Shown: one piece after another, positions 26,669 to 36,468 of the stretch | How the letters are laid out: the number at the start of each line of letters is the position of its first letter | Numbering within the stretch: the stretch's first letter is position 1 | Made by a program: the position numbers and the translations under genes | The notes under the pieces: generated by a model | What the model was told of the DNA's origin: nothing | The model's input: only the letters and a program-made list of their open reading frames with translations | Database searches by the model: none | Assembly: GCA_963779755.1 (NCBI GenBank) | Contig: CAVZZO010000001.1 | Location: 736,001-800,000, forward strand | Length of the DNA stretch: 64,000 nucleotides | Origin: an uncultured Gemmatimonadales bacterium | Lineage (GTDB): Bacteria > Gemmatimonadota > Gemmatimonadetes > Gemmatimonadales > GWC2-71-9 | Direction of reading: 5' to 3'

Positions 26669-28618
26669 ATGCAGCCTGATCGCTGGGAGCGCCTCAAGCG
26701 CCTTTTTCACGAGGCCCTGAACCTGGGCGATGCGCGCGAGGCGTTCGTCACCCGCGCGACCGCCGGCGATCTGGACCTGGCCGAGGACGTCCTTTCCCTG
26801 CTCGCCGCCAACGACAACCGCAGGCCGGCCGGCACGCCGCCGCCAAGGGTGCCCGCGCAGCAGGGGACCCGGCTGCTCGAGCTGCTGGAGGTAGAGGAGG
26901 AGCTGGCCCGGGCCCTCCATGATCGCTACACCTTCGAAGGTCCGGTCGGCCAGGGGGGCATGGCCATCGTACTCCAGGCCACCGACCTGCGCCACGAGCG
27001 GCCCGTGGCGGTCAAGGTGCTGGCTGCCGGGACCGCCGGCGGCATCGACACCCGGCGCTTCCTGGCGGAGATCCGGGTAACCGCGAAGCTCCACCACCCG
27101 CACATCCTGCCGCTGTTCGACTCCGGCGAAGCCGGCGGATACTTCTACTATGTCATGCCGCTGGTGGCCGGCGAATCCCTGCAGCAGCGGCTGGCCCGCG
27201 AAGGGCCGCTTCCGCTGGAGACCGCCGCCAGAATCGTCGGGGATGTGGCCTCCGCCCTGGACTACGCCCATGCGCAGGGTGTGGTCCACCGCGACATCAA
27301 GCCGGGGAACATCCTCCTGGCCGGCGGCGAGGTCTTCGTGGCCGATTTCGGCATCGCTCGCGCCCTGGGCAGCGACAGCACCAGGCGGATCACCGAGCCG
27401 GGTGGGGCGATCGGCACGCCGACCTACATGAGCCCGGAGCAGATTGGCGGGAAGGCCGATCCCGACTCCCGGGCCGACGTGTATGCCCTGGGGTGCGTGG
27501 CCTACGAGATGCTCACGGGTGACCCGCCGTTCGGCGGAGGAGAGGCCACCAGCGTGATGCGACGCCACCTGGCCAGCCCGGTGCCGCCCGCCTCGGCGCT
27601 GCGGGAGCAGCTGGGACCGACAGTGGACGCGGTGCTGGCCCGCGCTCTGGCCAAGGCGCCGGCCGACCGCTGGACCCGGGCGGGGGAATTCGCCGGGCAG
27701 CTGGCGACGGTCCTGGCCGGAACTCCCGCCCCCGCCGGCGCGAGCGGTGCCGCGACGCCTGCGGGAGCGTGGCGTCTGGACCAGGAAATTCGTTTCTGCG
27801 TCGCGCCCGACGGCGTTCGCCTGGCCTATGCCGTGAGCGGCGACGGGCCGCCACTGGTCAAGGCCTCCAACTGGCTCAGTCACCTCGAGTTCGACGCCGC
27901 GAGCCCGCTCTGGCGCCACTGGTGGGCCGGCCTCTCCGGTTCGTTCCGCATGATTCGCTACGATGAGCGGCTCAACGGTCTCTCCGACTGGGAGGCCGCG
28001 GACGTCTCCCTGGAGGCCTGGGTCGGCGACCTGGAAGCGGTGGTAGATGCCGCAGGCCTCGAGCGGTTCGTCCTCCTCGGGATCTCGAAGGGTGGGGCGA
28101 TCGCCACGGCCTATGCGGCGCGGCATCCCGAGCGGGTGAGCCATCTTGTGCTTCACGGCGCCTTCAGCGTCGGAGCCCTGGCCGGCCGGCCGACCGATGA
28201 ACGGCGCCACCGGGTGGGCATCGAGGCCGACATGATGCGGGTGGGCTGGGGGCGGGAGAACCCGGCGTTCCGGCAGGCGTTTACCACCATGTTCTTTCCC
28301 GAGGCCAGCGCCGAGCAGGCGAACTGGTTCAACCAGCTGCAGCGGGTGTCGGCCTCAGCGGAGAATGCCGCGAGAATGCTGGAGGCGACCTATACGATCG
28401 ATGTGCGTGCGGAGGCGCCACGAGTCACCACGCCGACGCTGGTGCTGCACTGCAGCGGCGATGCGCGGGTACCCTTCGAGGAGGGCCGCAGGCTGGCCGG
28501 CCTCATCCCCGGCGCTCGCTTCGTGCCGCTGCCCAGCCCCAATCACATCCCGCTGGAGCATGAACCTGCCTGGCAGCGGTTCATGGACGAACTAAAGGCG
28601 TTTACCGGGGTAACCTGA
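26669..28618 (+). CDS. Hanks-type Ser/Thr kinase fused to an alpha/beta-hydrolase domain
   Basis: GQGGMA, VAVKVL, HRDIKPGN, DFG and GTPTYMSPE motifs; C-terminal GISKGG nucleophile elbow, D and NH. Confidence 0.9.
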   Translation: MQPDRWERLKRLFHEALNLGDAREAFVTRATAGDLDLAEDVLSLLAANDNRRPAGTPPPRVPAQQGTRLLELLEVEEELARALHDRYTFEGPVGQGGMAIVLQATDLRHERPVAVKVLAAGTAGGIDTRRFLAEIRVTAKLHHPHILPLFDSGEAGGYFYYVMPLVAGESLQQRLAREGPLPLETAARIVGDVASALDYAHAQGVVHRDIKPGNILLAGGEVFVADFGIARALGSDSTRRITEPGGAIGTPTYMSPEQIGGKADPDSRADVYALGCVAYEMLTGDPPFGGGEATSVMRRHLASPVPPASALREQLGPTVDAVLARALAKAPADRWTRAGEFAGQLATVLAGTPAPAGASGAATPAGAWRLDQEIRFCVAPDGVRLAYAVSGDGPPLVKASNWLSHLEFDAASPLWRHWWAGLSGSFRMIRYDERLNGLSDWEAADVSLEAWVGDLEAVVDAAGLERFVLLGISKGGAIATAYAARHPERVSHLVLHGAFSVGALAGRPTDERRHRVGIEADMMRVGWGRENPAFRQAFTTMFFPEASAEQANWFNQLQRVSASAENAARMLEATYTIDVRAEAPRVTTPTLVLHCSGDARVPFEEGRRLAGLIPGARFVPLPSPNHIPLEHEPAWQRFMDELKAFTGVT

Positions 28619-28776
28619 CGGAACGATCCGGCATGCCCCGGCCGTCGGCCGAGGAGAGCCCGGAGCCGGGCATGGCGTTTCCCACATAATCTGTTTGCTT
28701 TGCTGCGTGCCGTCGCTGCCGCGGTCCGCCGGAAGGGAGCCGGCGCCCGGTGAACTCGAGCCGATCTGGAGTCTCC

Positions 28777-30846
28777 ATGCGCTTTCCCGTCGTTGTCGGT
28801 CTGATCCTCGCCGCCGTTGGCGGTGCCCCCGCCGTCCATGCCCAGAGTCTCGCCAGCGTCCTGCCCGACAGCATCAAGCCCCTCAAGGTGGTGGACCTGG
28901 CCTACATGGACACCACGGTGAGCGCCTGTACCGACTTCTTCCAGTTTGCCAACGGCGGCTGGCTGGAACACGATACCATCCCGCCGGACTACTCCAGCAG
29001 CGGCGTGGGCCGGGAGATGCAGGACCGCAACGAGCTGGTCGTCCGGTCGGTGCTGGAGGACGCCCAGGCCCGGCGCGACAGCCTGCCGGCGGGCCATACC
29101 ATCCGCAAGCTGGGTACCTTCTACGCCACCTGCATGGATTCCGCGGCGGCGCAGCAGGCGGGCATCGCCCCCATCCGGCCCTGGCTCTCGGCGATCGATT
29201 CGGTTGCCACCCGGTCGAAGCTCATGCCGGCGGTGGCCGCCCTGCAGGTGAAGGGCGTCAACGTGCTCTTCCACTACTTTGCCCAGCCCGACCCGCACGA
29301 CGCCGCCCATTACGTCGCCTGGCTGTACCAGGGCGGCCTCGGCCTGCCCGATCGCGACTACTACACCGACTCGAGCGCCGCGGGCGACTCCACCCGCCAG
29401 GCCTATACCGGGCATATCACCCGCACTCTGATGCTGGCGGGCGAAGACACCGCCGCCGCGGCCGCCGACGCGCAACGGGTGCTGACGCTGGAAACCGCTC
29501 TGGCCCGCGCCTCGCTGACGCGGGTGGCCCAGCGCGATCCGGCCGCCACCGACCACCCGATGACCCTGGCGCAGATCGGCAAGCTCACGCCCAACCTGGC
29601 GTGGCCCGGGTATTTCCGGAGCATCGGCATTCTGGAGCCGCTGGGCAAGGTGAACGCGGCCATGCCGAAGTTCCTGCAGGGAGTGGACAGCCTGCTGGCG
29701 CATGCGCCCCTGGCCGCGTGGCGGGCGTATCTGCGCTATCACACCGTGGCCATGGCGTCGCCCTGGCTCAGCACCCCGTTCGTCAACGAGAACTTCGCCT
29801 TTTCTTCCCGCTTCACCGGCGCCAAAGCGCTGCTCCCCCGCTGGAAACGCTGTCTGCGCGAGGCCGACGGCGATCTGGGTGAGGCGCTGGGGCAGGCCTA
29901 CGTCGAGCAGACCTTCCCCCCGGAGGCGCGGGCGCGCGCCAAGGCAGTGATCGACGACATCCGGGCCGCTTTTGGCCAGCGGCTGCAGCAGCTCTCCTGG
30001 ATGTCGGACAGCACCCGGGCCCAGGCACTGGACAAGCTGGCCCGGATGAACGAAAAGGTGGGCTACCCGGAGCACTGGCGCGATTATTCGAAACTGCAGG
30101 TGGAGCCGGGTTCCTTTGTTCTCAATGTCGCACGGGCCAACGCGTTCGAATGGAACCGTACGGTCAACCGGCCCGGCATGCCGGTGGATACCACCGAGTG
30201 GGGCATGACGGTCCCGACGGTGAACGCCTATTACGATCCATCGAAAAATGAGATGGTCTTCCCGGCGGGCGCGCTGATGCCGCAGACCTTCGACGCTTCG
30301 GCCGATGACGGCGCCAATTACGGCGCGCTGGGCGGGAGCTGGGCGGGGCACGAGCTGACCCACGGCTTCGACGATGAAGGGCGGCACTACGATGCCGAGG
30401 GCAACCTGCGGGACTGGTGGACCCCGTCGGACTCGGTGCAGTTCACCCGCCAGGCCGATCTGGTGGTGGACCAGTTCGACCATTACATCCAGGTGGACAC
30501 CTTCCACGTGAACGGCCGGCTGACGCTGGGCGAGAACATCGCCGACTTCGGCGGCGTGCTTACCGGCTACGATGCGCTGCAGCGTGCCCTGGAGCGCAAC
30601 GGCCGGCCCGGCCTGATCGACGGGTTTACGCCGGAGCAGCGGTTCTATCTGGGCTTCGCCCAGAGCTGGCGCATCCACAACCGGCCCGAACGGCTGCGCA
30701 CCCGGGTCCGCACCGATCCGCACGCGCCGGAGCGCTGGCGCGTGAACGGACCGCTGTCGGACGATCCGAATTTTGTGAAGGCGTTCGGCTGCAAGCCCGG
30801 CGATGCCATGGTCCGGCCGGCGGACCAGATCCCGCATATCTGGTAA
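28777..30846 (+). CDS. Secreted M13 (neprilysin/PepO) metalloendopeptidase
   Basis: DFFQFANGGW, VNAYY, HELTHGFDD, GENIAD and DPHAP motifs. Confidence 0.95.
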   Translation: MRFPVVVGLILAAVGGAPAVHAQSLASVLPDSIKPLKVVDLAYMDTTVSACTDFFQFANGGWLEHDTIPPDYSSSGVGREMQDRNELVVRSVLEDAQARRDSLPAGHTIRKLGTFYATCMDSAAAQQAGIAPIRPWLSAIDSVATRSKLMPAVAALQVKGVNVLFHYFAQPDPHDAAHYVAWLYQGGLGLPDRDYYTDSSAAGDSTRQAYTGHITRTLMLAGEDTAAAAADAQRVLTLETALARASLTRVAQRDPAATDHPMTLAQIGKLTPNLAWPGYFRSIGILEPLGKVNAAMPKFLQGVDSLLAHAPLAAWRAYLRYHTVAMASPWLSTPFVNENFAFSSRFTGAKALLPRWKRCLREADGDLGEALGQAYVEQTFPPEARARAKAVIDDIRAAFGQRLQQLSWMSDSTRAQALDKLARMNEKVGYPEHWRDYSKLQVEPGSFVLNVARANAFEWNRTVNRPGMPVDTTEWGMTVPTVNAYYDPSKNEMVFPAGALMPQTFDASADDGANYGALGGSWAGHELTHGFDDEGRHYDAEGNLRDWWTPSDSVQFTRQADLVVDQFDHYIQVDTFHVNGRLTLGENIADFGGVLTGYDALQRALERNGRPGLIDGFTPEQRFYLGFAQSWRIHNRPERLRTRVRTDPHAPERWRVNGPLSDDPNFVKAFGCKPGDAMVRPADQIPHIW

Positions 30847-30888
30847 CCTCGACCCTCTCGATCCTCTGGACCGTCGAGAGGGTCGAGG
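30847..30888. repeat. REP-like palindrome (cctcgaccc family), probably a terminator or mRNA stabiliser
   Basis: Perfect 15-bp inverted repeat CCTCGACCCTCTCGA / TCGAGAGGGTCGAGG directly after the stop. Confidence 0.8.
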
Positions 30889-30980
30889 GGATCGAGAACC
30901 CGGCGCCTGGTGCTATCGCTGGTCCGGAGCGGCCGAGCCCCGCACCTTGACGAAGCCTGGGGCCGCTAGCTTTCTACGTC

Positions 30981-32756
30981 ATGTACGACGTCATCCTGAT
31001 CCACCCTCCCTCGATTTACGATTTCCGTAAACGGCCGGTCTTCTACGGCCCCATTGCGGACGTCGTACCCTCCTCGCCCGTCTTCGAGATGTACCCCATG
31101 GGGTTCGCCACCCTGGCCTCCCATCTGCGGCGGGCGGGCTACCGGGTGCGCATCGTGAATCTGGCACTGCTCATGATGCGCGACCGCAACCTGGACGTGG
31201 ATCGCTACCTGGGGCGGCTCCAGGCCCGGCTCTTCGGCGTCGACCTGCACTGGCTACCGCACGTGCACGGCAGCCTGGCGGTGGCCCAGCGGCTGAAAGC
31301 GTTGCATCCGGGCACTCCGGTCGTCTTCGGGGGGATTTCCTCTACCTACTTCTACCGGGAGCTGATCGAACGGCCCGAGGTCGATTTCGTCTTGCGGGGG
31401 AGCCTCTGCGAGCCCGCGCTGGCGGCGCTGGTGCGGGAGCTCCGCGGGCAGCGCGACTACGCCGCCGTGCCGAATCTGGCCTGGAAAGCGCAGGGCGAGG
31501 TCCGCGCCAATCCGATCGCCGCCCCGGAGCACGGGATGGACGCCTTCGACATCGATCTGGGCATGATGATCCGGCAGGTGGTGGGCCGCCTCGATTTCTG
31601 GAGCAACGTGCCCTTCCACGCCTGGTGGCGCCACCCCATCACGGCGGTCTTCACCGTACGCGGATGCGGCCATGGCTGTGTCACCTGTGGCGCGGCCGAC
31701 GCGGCCTTCCGCCGGTTCATGATCGGCCACCACCCCATGTATCGAAGCCCCGACGCCATCGCCGCGCTAGTGCGGAAATTTGCGCTGCTCACCCGGGCGC
31801 CGGTCTTCCTGGTGGGCGACCTGCAGGACGGCGGCCCGGAGTACGCCAATGCCGTGGTGGACGCGCTGGGCCGCACCGGCGTCGGCAACAGCATCGGATT
31901 CGAATTTTTCACCCCACCGCCGCCGGAGCTCATCAACCGGATCGACCGCGCCCTTCCGGTCTGGTTCGCCGAGCTGTCTCCCGAAAGCCACGATGAGACG
32001 ATCCGCGGCCGGTTGGGCAAGGGCGGCTACACCAACGCCGAGCTGGAAGCCGGGATCGCGGCCATCCTGCGGAGCCGCCGCTGTACCGGGCTGGATCTTT
32101 TCTTCATGGTGGGCCTGCCGGAACAGACCTACGAAAGCGTGATGGAGGGGATGGCCTACACCGAGGCCCTCTTTGCCCGCTTCGACCAGCGCCTTTCCGC
32201 CTTCATCACCCCCATGGGGCCGTTTCTGGATCCGGGCAGCGACGCCTTCGAACGCGCGGACGAGCTGGGCTACACCCGCTTTGCCCGGACGCTGGAGGAG
32301 CATCGCCGGCTGCTGGAGCACAACGACTGGCAGGACATGCTGAGCTACGAGACCCGCTGGATGACCCGCCGCCAGCTGGTGGATGCCACCTACGATGCGG
32401 CGGAGCGGCTGAACGCCGCCAAGACCAGCTATGGCCGCCACGACGCCGCGACCGGCGCCAGAGTGGCCGGCCGGATCGCCGCCGCCCGGGCGCTGCGGTG
32501 CCGCCTGCGCCCGGAGGGACAGGCCAGCGCCGACCCGGTGCCTGCCGATCTCGAGCCCCGGCTCCGGGCCGATGTCATGGCGTTCTCCGCTGCCATGGTC
32601 CAGGAGAAGAGCGAGCTCTTTCCGCCGAGCGCGTTCTTCCGGTCGTTCCGGCTGGGGGGGATCGCGCGGCTGCTGCTGCGGGATGTCCTGAAGCGCCGAG
32701 AGCATGCGACAAGGCCGCGCATCAAAATCGAAGGTCGAAGTCCGGCAGGGGATTGA
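30981..32756 (+). CDS. Cobalamin-binding radical SAM protein (resembles the TIGR04190 family)
   Basis: N-terminal DVILIHPPSIYDFRK B12-binding domain; RGCGHGCVTCG (CxxxCxxC); SPESHD and FMVGLP. Confidence 0.85.
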   Translation: MYDVILIHPPSIYDFRKRPVFYGPIADVVPSSPVFEMYPMGFATLASHLRRAGYRVRIVNLALLMMRDRNLDVDRYLGRLQARLFGVDLHWLPHVHGSLAVAQRLKALHPGTPVVFGGISSTYFYRELIERPEVDFVLRGSLCEPALAALVRELRGQRDYAAVPNLAWKAQGEVRANPIAAPEHGMDAFDIDLGMMIRQVVGRLDFWSNVPFHAWWRHPITAVFTVRGCGHGCVTCGAADAAFRRFMIGHHPMYRSPDAIAALVRKFALLTRAPVFLVGDLQDGGPEYANAVVDALGRTGVGNSIGFEFFTPPPPELINRIDRALPVWFAELSPESHDETIRGRLGKGGYTNAELEAGIAAILRSRRCTGLDLFFMVGLPEQTYESVMEGMAYTEALFARFDQRLSAFITPMGPFLDPGSDAFERADELGYTRFARTLEEHRRLLEHNDWQDMLSYETRWMTRRQLVDATYDAAERLNAAKTSYGRHDAATGARVAGRIAAARALRCRLRPEGQASADPVPADLEPRLRADVMAFSAAMVQEKSELFPPSAFFRSFRLGGIARLLLRDVLKRREHATRPRIKIEGRSPAGD

Positions 32757-32791
32757 CCCCGCGCCCGACTTCGACCTTTGACCTTTGGCCT
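32711..32791. repeat. Inverted 7-nt-unit element (aaggtcg family) overlapping the radical SAM 3' end
   Basis: AATCGAAGGTCGAAGTCCGGC ... GCCCGACTTCGACCTTTGACCTTTGGCCT around an inner GGGG-ATTGA-CCCC hairpin. Confidence 0.7.
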
Positions 32792-32824
32792 CTACTTCGT
32801 TCCAGAGCCCGCCTCACCCGTGCC

Positions 32825-33235
32825 TCACTGCATCTGCACCTCGAAGTTGATGGTTCCGGTGTAATTCGTCAGCACCAGGGCGATCTGCCACACACCGCCC
32901 GCGGCGGCCGAGGGGGTAATGTCGCCGCTGGCGGGAACCCCTCCACTGTAGACCACGGCGCCGTTGGCGTCCTTGATCGTGAGCGTCAGGGTGCCGGAGG
33001 TGGTCTGCGTCGCCGGGTGGATGACCACGCTGCCGGAAGAGGCGCTCCACGAGTAGGTCTGCACGTCGCTGACGTTTACGACGCCCGTTGCCTGGAAACT
33101 GAACTTCACGTTCGGCGTGTTCACTACCTGTGGCTGGTACTGCGGGGCCAGCACGCTGCTGCCCCCGCAACCGATCGCCGGCAGCACCAGCGCCAGAGCG
33201 ACCAGCGTTGATCGCATTCGTAAATGGGCCCGCAT
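32825..33235 (-). CDS. Hypothetical lipoprotein (beta-sandwich)
   Basis: AGGAGG RBS; lipobox AIGC; Ser/Thr-rich beta strands. Confidence 0.75.
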   Translation of the reverse strand: MRAHLRMRSTLVALALVLPAIGCGGSSVLAPQYQPQVVNTPNVKFSFQATGVVNVSDVQTYSWSASSGSVVIHPATQTTSGTLTLTIKDANGAVVYSGGVPASGDITPSAAAGGVWQIALVLTNYTGTINFEVQMQ

Positions 33236-33494
33236 GGAACACCCTCCTCCTTTGGAGGAATTGACGGATAGACAGACGGTCGCCTGTCCCCCTGCCAGCC
33301 GGCATCCTGGGCAAGCCCGGGGCCGGTGCGGCCAGTGACGGGCCGGCAGTGACACAACGCTCTCCGGCGAAAAGGCTTAGGCATCAGGGAAGGCCGAGCT
33401 GGGACCCATAAGGAACTGAGTCAAGTGTAACGATGTGATGCGGAACAGGCCTCTTTCGATACAGGTAGGCAGCCCGGGCATCCCTGCAGAAACC

Positions 33495-33527
33495 TGACCC
33501 CCTCGACCTGTGAGGCCGAGGGGGTCA
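33495..33527 (-). repeat. REP-like palindrome (cctcgaccc family) downstream of the LVIVD gene
   Basis: 15-bp stem whose single mismatch is a G-U pair only on the minus (transcribed) strand. Confidence 0.7.
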
Positions 33528-33556
33528 AGAGTACCTGGAGGACCGAGGGGCTCAGA

Positions 33557-35560
33557 TCACCCCTTGGCCATCTCCCGCACCGTCTGGGCCAGCATCTTCA
33601 CCTTCGCCTGGTCGGACGAACCGGCCGCATCGCTGTCGAGCTGGGATGCCAGGCTGTTCAGCGCGCTGCTCCGTCCGGAGCCGGACATCGACTCCGCCTT
33701 GGCCAGCTGGGCGCGGATGGCGCCGATCCGGTCGCTGGAGAGGCCGCTGCTGCGCTGCAGCTGGTCCACGTAGGTCCGGGCGACCACAAAGCTGGCCGGC
33801 CAGGTGTAGTGGGGCTGGTCCTGGACGTTGAGGCGATCCAGTTTCGCCATCTTCGCCGCCTCGAGCTCGTTCCGGGTCAGCATCGGGCTGGGCTTGAGCG
33901 CCAGCACGTCGAGTCCGCGGGCGATCTCGGAGCTGTAGATGTCGCCGTTGTACCAGTAGGCCGACCAGGAACCGGCGCCGACCATCTTGGTGGAGTCCAC
34001 CGGCCCGCGATCGAAGAAGGCGATCTCCCGCGGGTTGGCCGGGTCGGTCCAGTCGAACACCGAGACGCCGCCCTGATACCACGACTGCACCATCACGGTC
34101 CGGCCCGGCACCGGAATGAGCGAGCCGTTGTGGGCCACGCAGTTTTCCTCGGAGGTCTGCACCGCCGGCATCTTGTAGTAGCTCTGGAAGTCGAGCTGCT
34201 TGCTGCTGGTGATGGTGAAGATGGCGTCGGCGCCCCATTCCTTCGGGTCGGTGGCACGGCACTTGGGCTGCCCGCCGCCGCCCCATTCATCGGAGAACAG
34301 GAGCTTGCTGCCGTCGTTGCTGAAGGTCGCCGAGTGCCAGTAGGAGAAGTTCGAGTCGGATACGGCGGCGACGCGGCGCGGATTCACCGGATCGCTGATG
34401 TCCAGCAGGAAGCCATATCCGGCGCAGGCGCCGCCCGCCATGCCCATGGCGGGATAGACCGTGATATCGTGGCACTGGTCCGGCCCGGTCCGGGGGCGGT
34501 TGGCGTTCCCTCCGGTGAGACGGTTGACCAGATCCGGCAGGCCGGCCCGGAGCGTCGCGCTGTCCGCGGCGGTGGGCTCACCCGTGCCGTTGCGCGCCTT
34601 GACCACGCTGTCCAGCAGCATCTTCGCGAACCGGTCGGGAAGCGCCATCTTCTGTTCCCCGATCGAAATGATGAAAGCGCCGCGGGCCTTCTCCCGCTCC
34701 AGCTCCACCTGATCGGCCTGGCTCAGCCCGTGGGTGGGCGGCGCTTCCAGGTCGTTGAAGATCCGGGGATGCGAGACGATGGCCGCCTGCTCCGGATGGG
34801 CCAGCGGCACCTTGATGACCTCGATCCGGAAGTGTGCCGAATTCGGGTCTTCCTGGGGCGAGGCGTTGGAGCAACCCGCCAGCTCGCTGGGCGAGCGCAC
34901 GCCCGCCTGCCCGGAGACGTAGACGTAGACGTTCTCCTTGTCCTTCGGATCCACCAGCAGGGTATGGGTGTGCGACCCGCGGCAGGTCTGCACGCTGGCG
35001 ACCACGCGGGGATGCTCGATGTCGCTGATGTCCACGATGCGCACGCCGCGCATCCGGTCCGCACTCACCGTGTCCTGGACGCCCTCGCCGCCGCAGTCTA
35101 CCCGGCCGTTCAGCGCCTCGGCCGACACGAAGAGCAGGTGGCCGTAGACGGAGACGTCGTTCTGGGAGGCGGGACAGAACCAGGACGTCTTGAGCACCGG
35201 CTGCGCCGGATTGGACACGTCCCAGATCAGGATCCCGTCGTAGTTGCCCTGGAAGACGTAGTTGCCCTGGAAGGCGAGGTCCGAATGCGTGGCCTCGGCG
35301 AAAGGCTTCGGCTCCAGAGAGTTGGAGAGCAGCTGCATGTTCCAGGCGGCCTGCGCCGCGTCGGTCAGGCCGGCGCTCAGGCCCACCCGCGGATCGGGGC
35401 TGGGCGCCTTGACCCACGCGGCCGGCATGGCCTGCGACATATTGGGCGCGGGGGCCGAGCCGGCACCCCCGGAGGACGAGGACGCGCAGGCGCCGGCAGC
35501 CACCAGGCTGCCCGCCAGCGCGAAGAAACGAACGGAGGACGCGATGCGTGGCATAGACAC
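33557..35560 (-). CDS. LVIVD-repeat beta-propeller lipoprotein
   Basis: Lipobox AGAC; SDLAFQG, CPASQNDVS, TCRGSHTHT, CHDITV, YWHSATF and NCVAHNG; adjacent to a DUF305 gene. Confidence 0.85.
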   Translation of the reverse strand: MSMPRIASSVRFFALAGSLVAAGACASSSSGGAGSAPAPNMSQAMPAAWVKAPSPDPRVGLSAGLTDAAQAAWNMQLLSNSLEPKPFAEATHSDLAFQGNYVFQGNYDGILIWDVSNPAQPVLKTSWFCPASQNDVSVYGHLLFVSAEALNGRVDCGGEGVQDTVSADRMRGVRIVDISDIEHPRVVASVQTCRGSHTHTLLVDPKDKENVYVYVSGQAGVRSPSELAGCSNASPQEDPNSAHFRIEVIKVPLAHPEQAAIVSHPRIFNDLEAPPTHGLSQADQVELEREKARGAFIISIGEQKMALPDRFAKMLLDSVVKARNGTGEPTAADSATLRAGLPDLVNRLTGGNANRPRTGPDQCHDITVYPAMGMAGGACAGYGFLLDISDPVNPRRVAAVSDSNFSYWHSATFSNDGSKLLFSDEWGGGGQPKCRATDPKEWGADAIFTITSSKQLDFQSYYKMPAVQTSEENCVAHNGSLIPVPGRTVMVQSWYQGGVSVFDWTDPANPREIAFFDRGPVDSTKMVGAGSWSAYWYNGDIYSSEIARGLDVLALKPSPMLTRNELEAAKMAKLDRLNVQDQPHYTWPASFVVARTYVDQLQRSSGLSSDRIGAIRAQLAKAESMSGSGRSSALNSLASQLDSDAAGSSDQAKVKMLAQTVREMAKG

Positions 35561-35592
35561 TTCCGGTAAAGGGTCGGGCTGGGGGGGGAACG

Positions 35593-36237
35593 CTAGTTGG
35601 ACTTCTCGGACTTAAGCTGGTCGATAACCATGGCGGTGAGCATCTTGCGCATGCGCGCAATCTCGGTGCTCTGATCGGACTGGATTTCGGACGCGATCTT
35701 GTAGACCAGGTCCTCCTGGGCCGCGCCGGTCTTGCTGAACAGAGTATCTACCATGGTCAGGGCGCCGGTATGGTGCTGGATCATGAGCCGGAGGAAGAGC
35801 CGGTCGAACTCCGGCCCGCGCGCCGAATCCAGCTCCGCCATCTGCTGGTCGGTCAGCATCCCCGGCATCATCATGCCCATGGTCAGGTGCTCGGCCGAGC
35901 CTTCGGGCACCGGCTTGCCATGGTCGCGCAGCCAGCGCTGCATGGTCTGGATCTCGTCCTTCTGGGAGTTGATGATCCGACTGGTCAGCGTCAGGATCGG
36001 CTCGCTGGCCCCATGGCTGGGCGCCCAGCGGGACATGATCAGCGCCTGGGCATGATGGGCGATCATCCCGGTCATGAAGTCCACGTCCGCCCTGGTGTAG
36101 CCGCGGATCACGGTATCGGTGCTGGCAACCGTGGGGCTGGACTGCGCTGCGACGGGCGTGGCGGCCCCGCCGCTCAGGGCAACGGCAAGGATCGCGACCG
36201 CGGCCAGACCGGCCGCTCGCGGAAACGGTGTGTGCAT
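35593..36237 (-). CDS. DUF305 family secreted protein
   Basis: ADVDFMTGMIAHHAQA and FLRLMIQHHTGA paired HH motifs. Confidence 0.9.
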   Translation of the reverse strand: MHTPFPRAAGLAAVAILAVALSGGAATPVAAQSSPTVASTDTVIRGYTRADVDFMTGMIAHHAQALIMSRWAPSHGASEPILTLTSRIINSQKDEIQTMQRWLRDHGKPVPEGSAEHLTMGMMMPGMLTDQQMAELDSARGPEFDRLFLRLMIQHHTGALTMVDTLFSKTGAAQEDLVYKIASEIQSDQSTEIARMRKMLTAMVIDQLKSEKSN

Positions 36238-36468
36238 GGATGTTCTCCGTCCTTCGGATTGGGTCCTACCCGGCCACAGAAGGTAGGAAGGTTCCGTCCG
36301 GATCGAAAGTCAGGACCCGGCTCCGTCCTCCGTACGCGGATGCCGGCCAAAGGATTCAGATCGGAACGAACGACGCGGGCGGTTCCGGCGTCTGTCCTGG
36401 CTGGCCAGGGTTGCAGAGAGGCCCGGGGGGCGCTCAATTCCCAGTCTCGCCCAAACAGGTCACCTGCC

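Noticed and set aside
28632..28674. Terminator after the kinase gene
   Set aside because: Imperfect stem with a long loop and a weak U tract.
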